A DNA stretch of 64,000 nt from Piromyces finnis finn (GCA_002104945.1 MCFH01000001.1:930001-994000); one strand, 5' to 3'. Counted from the stretch's first letter, positions 14,130 through 24,444 are shown. The notes: generated from the sequence alone by a model not told the origin. Program-made: numbers and translations.

Positions 14130-14983
14130 ATGGCCGCAACTTTACCAGCGGAAATTATGAACAACGAATCTTCCACCCCACGTCTCTTCAACAAGTGGAG
14201 GTTAGTATGAAGAAAGTTATTGTAGTTAACAATAATAATAATACATTAAAATTAATTATTATGTTTTAATATATTTAAATTCTTTAATAAAGTTACGAAG
14301 AAGTTCAATCCAAGGAACTTTCTCTTGCTGTAAGTTTTATAAAATAATAAAAATTATATAATCGTCGAAATATTTAATTAAATGTAAATTTTTATATATA
14401 AAGGATTACCTCCAAATCAGTCACCCAGTTTACCTTCCACACACTGCTGGTCGTTACCAAGTCAAGAGATTCCGTAAGGCTCAAGTATGTATAAAAATAA
14501 TAACGCAAAAATTCAATTTAGATATGATATTAAATAAAATAAATATATTATGAAATACAATAGTGTCCAATTGTTGAACGTTTAACCAACTCTCTTATGA
14601 TGCACGGACGTAACAACGGTAAGAAGCTCATGGCTACCCGTATTGTTAAGCACACTTTCGAAATCATCCACCTCCTCACTGACCAAAACCCAATCCAAGT
14701 TTTATTAGATGCTATCACCAACACTGGTCCACGTGAAGATTCCACCCGTATTGGTTCATCCGGTACCGTCAGAAGACAAGCTGTTGATGTTTCTCCATTA
14801 AGAAGAGTCAACCAAGCTATCTGGCTCCTTACCACTGGTGCCCGTGAAGCTTCCTTCAGAAACATCAAGACCATCGCTGAATGTCTTGCTGAAGAATTAA
14901 TCAACGCTGCTAAGGGTTCCTCCAACTCTTACGCCATCAAGAAGAAGGATGAAATTGAACGTGTCGCTAAGAGCAACCGTTAA
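14130..14983 (+). CDS. RPS5: 40S ribosomal protein S5 (uS7), 4 exons
   Basis: MAATLPAE...RLFNKW / [12 protein letters not shown] / [27 protein letters not shown] / [21 protein letters not shown]...RVAKSNR*; C-ending codon bias typical of highly expressed genes. Confidence 0.97.
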
Positions 14984-15548
14984 ATATCATATACATTATT
15001 CAATTTTGTATATAATATTGGTTTATATGTATTTAATATAAATCGAAATAGATAAATAAAAAAATTAAAAAAATATAAATTTGGATTTTGAAGTAATGTG
15101 GATATTTTAAAGTTTTATATTATGATATTGGGATTAGAATTTGAAATTTAGGTAATGAATTATAAGTTGATATATATAAATAATTGATTATATGAGGAAA
15201 TAAAAATATTTTAAAGGTAAGAATTTTGGTATAAGGAGAATGTTAATTTGAATTATAAAGTAATAATATAAATTATTCTGGTTGTTAAACTTTCCAATAA
15301 TTTTTGTAAAAGAAATTCAGTAAGTTTTATCAGTAATGAAGTAGCAATAATAAGGTGTAAAGATAAGCAGCACTGATATTAATAATAATGTTGGAAGTCA
15401 ATTGTTTTTAGTATAATACCGATTTCTTATGAAATTGTAGTTATATAAAACTATATAAATATATATATATGTATTTTAAAGTTTAGTATAATGACAATAT
15501 TTATATATTTATAAAATGCATTTTATAAGTATATGTAAATGCTGTGCT

Positions 15549-15561
15549 AATTCATTATTTT
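15549..15561 (+). repeat. Left target-site duplication (aattcattatttt)
   Basis: Directly precedes the first monomer base; same sequence follows the poly(A). Confidence 0.85.
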
Positions 15562-15809
15562 CCCTCTTGGGAACGTGCCTTCATTTATTTAATAAATGTA
15601 GTTTCTCAAGGGGGTCTACTCATGCTCATGGTACTGAGAGAGTAGAAAGAATTAAATCCAAGTATTGCGCAATGGATGCTTGGTGCCCTCTTGGAAACGT
15701 GCCTTCATTTATTTAATAAATGTAGTTTCTCAAGGGGGTCTACTCATGCTCATGGTACTGAGAGAGTAGGAAGAATTAAATCCAAGCATTGCGCAATGGA
15801 TGCTTGGTT
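15562..15809 (+). repeat. Two tandem 124-bp hairpin-rich monomers at the LINE 5' end
   Basis: Copy 1 15562-15685, copy 2 15686-15809; identical apart from 15571/15695, 15646/15770, 15663/15787 and the last base. Confidence 0.97.
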
Positions 15810-16449
15810 AGTCTTTAAGGGAAAATTATTAGGACTAAGCTCATGGTACTGAGCGATTAAAAAACATTTATCCATCGAATTTAAGTATTTGATGAATAAG
15901 TTGAATGTTTGATATTCAGGTAAGTTTGTATAGTATTTAATTAGAAGAGTAATACATTTTGTTGCTGTATTTTTTCTTTTATTCATGTATTCATGTAGTA
16001 CTACTCTTCTCTTGTAAGAATCCAATGTAGTCAACTTTAGCATTTGCATTGTATTTTTATATTCATGTAGCTATTGTTGTATTGTTTCTTGTAAGAGACT
16101 GATTCACTCTACATCATGTAAAAATACTATTCACAAGCTTTCTGGTGTCGACATTCTTGATTCAAATTTTTTACCAATTTAAATATTTAATGAAAAGTAA
16201 GTCAAACAAGTTTAGTGTCAAAAAGCGAATCGAATTTACTAACAACAAACCAAAACTAGAATTTTTAAAGAAAATTTACAACTAGAATTCAAAAAAAGAA
16301 ACTTTAAACAAAGCATCGTAACAATTTTTGTACTATCCAGTACTTTTAAGAAGAGAGAGAGAGACAGATTTTTTTTCCATATACGTTATATTTATAATTT
16401 TTATTAGTATTTATTTTATATTCAATATTTTTAATTAGAATTTATTATC

Positions 16450-19400
16450 ATGTCAGTCCTTTATATTAAAGACAAGAATTATATCAGACGTGGTACCCGG
16501 TCTTATGGTATCCCCTTAGATGATATTCGCTCCTTCTTTATCCGTGGTATTCGATCATGGTCAGTAAATATGCTATGGGAAAAACTCGAGGTTATTCTAG
16601 AAGATAAATTTAATTCAGTTATTAGTGTTAAATATTTTCAGACTTTCAATGATCACTTTTTCTTAGTCAAGGTTCATGGTTCATCGAAAGATTGTATTAA
16701 AATCTTACACATGTTAAAGAAGAAACTTTCAGTTACCTCAATTTCCTTTTCAGCTCGTAGTAGAAGGAATCACAAATACACTTTTTCCACTCTCAAACGT
16801 AAAATTTTAGTTTCTAATAAACATCAACATTCTATTCAACAATCATTTCAACAATCAGTTCAACAATCTCATCAACAATCCGATCTTCAACTAGATCTTC
16901 AACAAGATCTTCAACAAGTTTCCAATCATGAAAATATTCCAGATCTACAGCAAACACAATTTCAATCTCAACATTCAACAATTAATTCTAATAGCTCTAT
17001 CAACTCTGATAACAGTTCAATAGTTGATAGTTCTTCAGTTTCACAGCCATCTAGTAATAGTTCTACTTATTCCTCTGATGCATCATCCATTAATAACGAT
17101 GACTTTAATAATAATAATAATAGCAACGATTCTTCCTCATCCAACAAGCCTGATAACTTTTCTTTTTGTCTTAGTTGGAACACCAATGGGTGGAATCACG
17201 AAAAGAGAGATAGTATTAGCTATTTCACAGCTATTTTCAAACCATTATTTTTATGTTTCCAAGAAACTGGTAATGGTTCTGGATCGAATACAGATTATCC
17301 TTGTCGTGTTACTTTGCGAAACTATAGACACTTTTTCAAGAAAGCTGACGAATCAGTTCCGGGAATGAGAGGTTTATATTTAGGTTTTCACAATTCATGT
17401 CAAGCCTCACTTGAAAACTTCTCTGGAAAGTATATTATTTCTATTTATACTTTTAGTCTCTGGAATAGATTCAAATGCTCGATTGGTAATGTTTATATGC
17501 CTCATAGTCATCACAACATCTATGTTGATCATGCAAAGTTAGAAGTTCGCTTGTGGTTACAAACTCATTCATCCCATCCATCGATTCTTGTTGGTGATTT
17601 TAATATGTCTAAAGTAAAATTATCCAACTGGTTATCAACTAATGGATTAGGAGATTGGGAAATTCTTCCGCTTAGAGGGTCTACTATCTCTTGGACTCGA
17701 GGTGATCAATCTTCCGACATTGACCATGCTCTTATCAATTCGAAGATGAAAGATCTTATTCACTCAGGATCATTTATAAATAATTTTTATCCTGTATCAG
17801 ACCATAAGCCACTTCTTATTAATGGTAAAATTATTCCTATGGAAGATTTTTCTAATGACTTTAATGTTCCTAAGAAAATTCTGAAATGGAATAGATTAAA
17901 ATGTATTGAGGAAAAGGAATCTATTCTCAGTCATAATAAATTCCAAATACTTTCAGCTAAATCCAACGATCCTAATGTTTCTACAGATGAACTTTCCAAA
18001 GAGTTTACTTCAACTGCTTTTTCAATTGCAGACGAGCTCAGTATTACTTCAGCAAATAATGTTATAAAGTCTTCATTTCATATTTCACAACAAATTTTTA
18101 ATCTTCAAAAAATCAAAATGAAGTTGTATAAGAGATTTAAAAAAGAAAGAATTTATGATATAGATGAATTTATTAAAAGAATTAAAATCTACCGTAAACT
18201 CATTGATTACATCCACAAAAGATGTAATGAATTTAGGAAGCAAGAATATCTTCATTGGATTAAAACAGGATGTGAGTATATGAAGAGTCATAATCCTAAG
18301 AAGGCCTGGAAATGGATCAAGAAAACTGCAAAAATTGGAAAAGATTCTTTCTTTATTGCTCAACCAATTAAAAATAAAAATGGAGAATTAGTTGTTGCTA
18401 CGGAAGAACAACTAGATGTGTGGCATGATCATTTCGAAAAGCTTGCATCAGATCCAAGTGGTGTAAGTCTTGATTTAGAGCATTGGTATGAAGAACCAAT
18501 GAATAAACGTTTTTCACTTCCTATGCTTGATGAATGGGATATCAACCAAGATATTAGTATTGATGAAGTCAAGTCAGCTATCCTCACTACTCCAAATTAT
18601 AAAGCATCAGGTCCGGATGGTATTCCAATTGAATTTTACAAAGCATTAGTTCCATCAAGTAATGATTCTAATAATGCTACAGATAATAATTCTTCTGGTA
18701 ATACTACTTCAGATAATGATGCTCATGGTTTAAATTTTATTCTTAAATTATTCAACCGTATTTGGGATGGAGATTTCCCCAACTCATGGAATGAATCCAG
18801 TATTGTTTCTATTCCTAAGAAGGGAGATTTGACAGATTGTGATAACTATCGAGGTATATCACTTATCAATAATGGTATTAAGTTGATTTCCAAAATTGTC
18901 ACCACTAGAATCTCAGAATATGGTTTAAAGAATAATTTCATTAGACCTGAACAATTTGGTTTTCGAAAAAAGGAAGAAAGTATTAGTCTTTTCATTTCAA
19001 TCCAAGAAATATGCCGTAGACGTCAATTAGATAATAAAGAGACATATTTGGCCTTTTTAGATCTCAGGAAAGCATACGATTCAGTCCCAATCGGTAATAT
19101 TCTCCATAAATTAGATTGTTTAGGAATCCGAGGTAAGAGTTTACAATTCATCAAAAATTTATATTTAACATCTAAGGCTAATGTCAAATTAGATGGACAA
19201 TTCTCGAAATCTTTTGATGTGAAGAAAGGAGTCCGTCAAGGTTGCCCTCTTTCTCCTATTCTCTTTAATCTCTTTATTAATGATATATTTAGAGAGTGCG
19301 AAGATCTAGGAGTCAGTTTAGGTGACACTCGATGCTGTGGTGGACTTTTTGCAGATGATATAGTTATTTGTGCTCCAACAAGAGGATGCTTAAAAAAGAT

Positions 19401-20973
19401 GCTTAGAAGAGTTAATGAATGGGCATTGTATAATGAAATGGAATTTGGTATCCAGAAATGTTCAACGATGGTGATTCGTCCTGAATCAATAGAAAATCAG
19501 AACAAGAGAGATCCAACATTTTACTTAGCAGGACAACCCATTCCAACTACTGATTGTTATACTTATCTTGGTGTTCCATTTGATAAGAATTTGTCCCTTA
19601 AACCAGTAATTAAAGCTCTTAATAACAAGGTTTTGAAAGGGCTTTTCTCAGTCAGTAAATTCTTAAGAAATCCTAATATTCCTATTCCTTTCAAAAAACT
19701 AGTACTTAACTCACAAGTGATTAGCAGAGTTTCATACTTTGCACCATTACTTGGATCCAACAAAGCTAGGTCTAGGATTGCTCAGAAGCATGTTAACAAA
19801 GGAATACGATGGGTTGCCGGAGTTCATAAAGCTGTATCGTTTATATCTTTATACTCTATTTCAAAAGATTTGAATATTCCTCCATTGTCAGCCAAATGTG
19901 CGTTAGCTCAGGTTAGATGTTTTAACAAATGGAAAAACTCAAATTGTATTATCTCACACCTTGTCAATTACATTCCTAAATTTAGAAAATACACGTGGTG
20001 CAAATCAAGTAGGACACTTGATAAAAAACTAAAGAAACATGGAGATGTTAAAGCAGTTAAAAACTTTTATTGGAAAGATCTCAAAGGGAATTCAATCAAA
20101 GCGCAATATTATGATGATAATAAATTTAGTGAAACTAAAGATTTTATTAAATTATGTTATGAGTACCCAGAGTTTGCCTATGGCTTCTACTGGCTATTGA
20201 AAGCAAGAAGCGGATACAAGTTGGATGCTAGAGTTGCCAAAGCTGCTAAATTTGTTGATCCAGTTTGTCCTAACTACTGTCCATGTTGCAAGTGTGGAGA
20301 TCAAAGTATTAAACATTGGTTATTAGATTGTCCAACATTTAGAGATATCCGTATTAAACATTATGATTCCATAGTCCAGCTATTAAATTTTTTCAGTCAA
20401 CGTAATTCCAATAGTCCTATCAATAATAATGAAATTGATAATATCAGTAGAGATAGTAATAACATTAATAGTAATAGTAACAATAGTAATAGTAACAATA
20501 GTAATAGTAACAATAGTAATAGTAACAATAGTAATAATAACAATAATAGAAATAATAATATTAGTAATGATAGCAATAGTGAAGATAATAATTCTAATTT
20601 AGATAGTAATTTAGTTAATGATAGTAATAGTTCTAATAATCCGGTGAATATTAATGTGTATGATTATTCTAGTGTGTGCAGTAAAATATTTAAATTCCTT
20701 CTTGGGGGAAGAAGTTTTAACAATATTAATTACAATTCAAGGGAATGGAAAGAACTTTGTAAGCGTCAGATTCAATCTGGTACTAATGAAGGAGCACCAT
20801 TCTTGACGGTAACCGCGGAACTTCTAACCAAAATCATGCCTTTTGCTATTGGCCAGCAATGGTCAATGTTCAAAAGGTTTGAAGCAACATCCAAGAGCGT
20901 CAATGCTGAAGAAACAGTAAGACAGGCCAGGAGGGCCAGCGCAACCAATGGAGATCATAATTTTGTCCCATGA
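16450..20973 (+). CDS. LINE polyprotein: putative RRM - APE endonuclease - reverse transcriptase - CCHC zinc knuckle (1507 aa)
   Basis: APE motifs SWNTNG, LCFQET, ILVGDFN, DIDH, SDH (~17160-17820); RT motifs NYRGISL, QFGFR, FLDLRKAYDSV, GVRQGCPLSPILFN, LFADD (19345-19359), YTYLG; CPCCKCGDQSIKHWLLDC (~20278-20331). Confidence 0.97.
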   Translation: MSVLYIKDKNYIRRGTRSYGIPLDDIRSFFIRGIRSWSVNMLWEKLEVILEDKFNSVISVKYFQTFNDHFFLVKVHGSSKDCIKILHMLKKKLSVTSISFSARSRRNHKYTFSTLKRKILVSNKHQHSIQQSFQQSVQQSHQQSDLQLDLQQDLQQVSNHENIPDLQQTQFQSQHSTINSNSSINSDNSSIVDSSSVSQPSSNSSTYSSDASSINNDDFNNNNNSNDSSSSNKPDNFSFCLSWNTNGWNHEKRDSISYFTAIFKPLFLCFQETGNGSGSNTDYPCRVTLRNYRHFFKKADESVPGMRGLYLGFHNSCQASLENFSGKYIISIYTFSLWNRFKCSIGNVYMPHSHHNIYVDHAKLEVRLWLQTHSSHPSILVGDFNMSKVKLSNWLSTNGLGDWEILPLRGSTISWTRGDQSSDIDHALINSKMKDLIHSGSFINNFYPVSDHKPLLINGKIIPMEDFSNDFNVPKKILKWNRLKCIEEKESILSHNKFQILSAKSNDPNVSTDELSKEFTSTAFSIADELSITSANNVIKSSFHISQQIFNLQKIKMKLYKRFKKERIYDIDEFIKRIKIYRKLIDYIHKRCNEFRKQEYLHWIKTGCEYMKSHNPKKAWKWIKKTAKIGKDSFFIAQPIKNKNGELVVATEEQLDVWHDHFEKLASDPSGVSLDLEHWYEEPMNKRFSLPMLDEWDINQDISIDEVKSAILTTPNYKASGPDGIPIEFYKALVPSSNDSNNATDNNSSGNTTSDNDAHGLNFILKLFNRIWDGDFPNSWNESSIVSIPKKGDLTDCDNYRGISLINNGIKLISKIVTTRISEYGLKNNFIRPEQFGFRKKEESISLFISIQEICRRRQLDNKETYLAFLDLRKAYDSVPIGNILHKLDCLGIRGKSLQFIKNLYLTSKANVKLDGQFSKSFDVKKGVRQGCPLSPILFNLFINDIFRECEDLGVSLGDTRCCGGLFADDIVICAPTRGCLKKMLRRVNEWALYNEMEFGIQKCSTMVIRPESIENQNKRDPTFYLAGQPIPTTDCYTYLGVPFDKNLSLKPVIKALNNKVLKGLFSVSKFLRNPNIPIPFKKLVLNSQVISRVSYFAPLLGSNKARSRIAQKHVNKGIRWVAGVHKAVSFISLYSISKDLNIPPLSAKCALAQVRCFNKWKNSNCIISHLVNYIPKFRKYTWCKSSRTLDKKLKKHGDVKAVKNFYWKDLKGNSIKAQYYDDNKFSETKDFIKLCYEYPEFAYGFYWLLKARSGYKLDARVAKAAKFVDPVCPNYCPCCKCGDQSIKHWLLDCPTFRDIRIKHYDSIVQLLNFFSQRNSNSPINNNEIDNISRDSNNINSNSNNSNSNNSNSNNSNSNNSNNNNNRNNNISNDSNSEDNNSNLDSNLVNDSNSSNNPVNINVYDYSSVCSKIFKFLLGGRSFNNINYNSREWKELCKRQIQSGTNEGAPFLTVTAELLTKIMPFAIGQQWSMFKRFEATSKSVNAEETVRQARRASATNGDHNFVP

Positions 20974-21208
20974 TAAAATTTTGATCTTTGGCTCGGTGTC
21001 CCATTGGAAGTCAAATACAATTATTATACTTTAGTATGATAGTGGCTTTCTTACTTTAATTAAAATTACTAGAATACATTATACCCAATTTTTATTCATT
21101 TGTGTTTATTTAAACATATTTTTTTTATTTTTATTTTATTTTAATTTTTATATTTCATGTATTATAATTTTAATTAAATTAATAATAAAGTTTAAAATAT
21201 TTGATGCC

Positions 21209-21248
<40 letters not shown>

Positions 21249-21252
<4 letters not shown>

Positions 21253-21261
21253 CATTATTTT
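21249..21261 (+). repeat. Right target-site duplication (aattcattatttt; the aa overlaps the poly(A))
   Basis: Directly follows the A-run 21212-21250. Confidence 0.85.
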
Positions 21262-22601
21262 AATTTATATATGTTATAAATACGCAAAGTATTTCAATTG
21301 TTTTAATTGAATTTTGTATGAAAATAAAAATTAGTTCATATTTAACGTTAAAAGTAATTCTGTAATCTTTTTATTTTTGTATTTTGTTTTTATTCCGATT
21401 TATGAAGGGAATGTAATTTTTGAAAAGGTCAATAATGAAATATAATTATTTTCCATAATGAATGTAAGTCTTTCTGAATCTTAATAATAATTATAATAAA
21501 TATAAAATTTGAAAATTTGGTTTATTTACTCATTAGATTTATAAAAATCAATTGACCATGTGTAACAATCTAATCATTATAATTTTGAATTTCCGATAAA
21601 TTTTGAAAATTTCAAAAATCAAATATAATTATTGTAAAAGTAAAAGGTTTATCATAAATATTTGTTACTTTTTTATATTTATATTCATATGTCTAATATC
21701 ATTTTAAGAAATGTTTTAATAGTTAATTTTTATAGCTATAGGTTTAATATTCAAAAGAAGAACGTAACATTAAAAATTATGTTTTACAGTATTTGTCTCC
21801 TTTTTATAATGTAAATAGAAAATAAAATTTTGAATCTTCACTTTTAGGTTAGGGAAAAAAAAAAAAAAAGAAATAATATTTTATCTTTCATTATTATACT
21901 TAAAGATTGTAATACTAGATTTGTTTTGAGATTTTATTGAATAATAATTTATAATAAAATATTATAAAGAAATTAGATATCTTTATATTTTTTTTAACAA
22001 TTTTCATTTTAAAATTTTTTTATTCAATAAATTAGATATAAATAATAGTTAAAATAATAGCTTAACTCTTTATTCAACAATTTATTTACTAGCAAATTAG
22101 CAATAAATAGTTCACATTAGAATTAGCGGTTTCTTGCTTGACTACAAAAGTTTTATAAATTAATTTATACATATTTGGAAACTATTAATTAATACTTTCT
22201 TGTAATACAAAAAATTTTGATATTGAAGTTTGAATACAATTTTAAAAATATATTTTTTAAGAATTTTTAAATTCTTTTATCAAAAAAAGTATATTAAATA
22301 TTAAAAGTTTTTTTTTTTTTTTTTGTTTAAAGTACCATATAATTATTGCAATTATTGCAATATATTAGTTATTAGTAATTCAGTAAGAGGTATATTCCTA
22401 AATTAATGTTTATTAACTAAGTCTATTATTTATTGAAATAAAACTTATTTTTTATGCTATAAATTATTAGGATATATAAATTATTCAATCCATTACATAT
22501 TAATTTTATTTACTTAATTAACAAAATGAAATAAAATATTATAAATTAAATATTATAAATAATTATTAAATTTATTTTATTAATGTTTATTATATATATT
22601 T

Positions 22602-22642
<41 letters not shown>

Positions 22643-23462
22643 GATAATAAATTAAAAAATAATTAGAAAAAGTAAGTTGGTATAACAATAAAAATAAAAC
22701 ATTAATATAACTTATATATATACATATTATTATAATTTTAAAATTTTAAAGAAAGAAAAAAAGAGATCATTTTATAATAATATTGAATAAGTTTAAAAGT
22801 TTTATATCAAATTAAATTTAGAATTTAAATTACACAAATGAAACATTTTATAATTTAGGTTTTGAAATATATTAATAAAAACAAAAGTAATGAAAAACGG
22901 AATACATTTTATAGTAATGAACATATTGCGTTGTAAAGTTTATATGAAATAAAATAGCCTAAAATTATTACTATTTTTTTTTTTTTTTTTATTTTATTTT
23001 TTTTCAAAATTAAAATTAAATGGTTTATTGAATTTTAAATTGAATTGATAAAAAAAAAGATGGAAAAATATTATTATCTGATAGTTTTAGTTGAAAAAAA
23101 AAAAAAAAAAAAAATGTATAATTAATTATTAGCTATGGAATAATAAAATGAATTTATAAATAAACATTAATAATAAATATATATTTTTGCAATTTTTTTT
23201 ATATTCATAAATTATAAATTTATTTCAGAACTATATATTCACATCATAAAATTCTCAAAATATTTCAAATGTAGAAATCATTATTTTTATAAGATTAGCT
23301 ATTATATTATAAATCAATTAAATACATATATTTTAAATTATTATCAAAAATTATTAAATAACTGACATTTTATTCTTCTTTCTTTATTTCATTTACTACT
23401 TATCTTAATAATAATTATTAAATGTATTAGCAATATTATTTTTAGTAATTAAATAGTAAATA

Positions 23463-24191
23463 ATGAGGGTAAGGAAAATCACGGTTGGAACATATTCATA
23501 TAATGAAAAAAATCATACTTTTTGTTTATTTCAAGTTCCTGTATATTCAAAGAATACTGCAACATTAGCAAATTTTTATCGTTTAATTGATCTTGATGTA
23601 ATCTTCTTTGAAAATTCACCAGGTTATTTATTAAAATCTAATAAGATACCAGAAGAATATTTTAATTCTCCTTCACATCATATTAAAGATAAAAATGGTG
23701 ATGACTTATTGTCTTCAACAGCAATTAAAAAAGCAGCCGAAGCTCTTAACAATAGTTCTCTATCTGATTTATGTCGTTATTCTTATGAACAAATTGAACA
23801 AGGTCAAGCTGATGAAACTTTTCAAAAGGTTTCAAAAATATTAAATTGGAAGCCTACTTTTTTAAAATCACTTATTGAAATTGATGTAAAAGATGCTGAT
23901 TCAAAATACTATTCAGATTTTAATGAAGCAAATGATTCTTCAAAGAATAGTATTGTCTATAAGGCCTCAGTTTCACTTACAATGAATAATATGAAAAACA
24001 ATAGAAGTAGAATAGTACGTCAACACAATTCTAATCCTCTTATAAAACCAATGATTCAACCGTCATTACCAAATCTACAAGTTCAACAAATCCAGCCATC
24101 ATTGAAACTAAATAATGATAATAGCAATACTACTATTACTACTACTACCACTATTAATAATAATACTAACAACAACAACAACAACAACAAC

Positions 24192-24244
<53 letters not shown>

Positions 24245-24294
24245 TAATAATAATGTAAATAACGATAACAATTTAAATAATAACAAAGATAATA

Positions 24295-24325
<31 letters not shown>

Positions 24326-24405
24326 TAGTAATAATAATAATAGTAATAATAATAATGTAAATAACGATAACAATTTAAATAATAACAAAGATAATAATAA
24401 TAATG

Positions 24406-24444
<39 letters not shown>

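Larger units (their letters stand above)
15562..21250 (+). mobile_element. Full-length non-LTR (LINE-type, APE-RT) retrotransposon with poly(A) tail and target-site duplication
   Basis: Flanked by identical (aa)ttcattatttt at 15549-15561 and 21249-21261; A-run 21212-21250; intact single ORF 16450-20973; GC content clearly above the surrounding DNA. Confidence 0.9.

Noticed and set aside
14548-14925. 125-aa antisense ORF over RPS5
   Set aside because: Expected from RPS5 codon bias; no independent evidence.
15634-15650. Hammerhead-like CTGAGAGA...GAAA in the 5' monomers
   Set aside because: Does not match CUGANGA, leaves no room for stem II, and the CUGAG is paired in the H2 hairpin.
15562-15809. 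124-bp repeats as LTRs or a CRISPR array
   Set aside because: They are tandem with no spacer and no copy at the 3' end; the element has APE-RT, poly(A) and a TSD, i.e. non-LTR.
20906-20914. CTGAAGA hammerhead core near the LINE 3' end
   Set aside because: The only nearby GAAA overlaps it; no stem II or III geometry.
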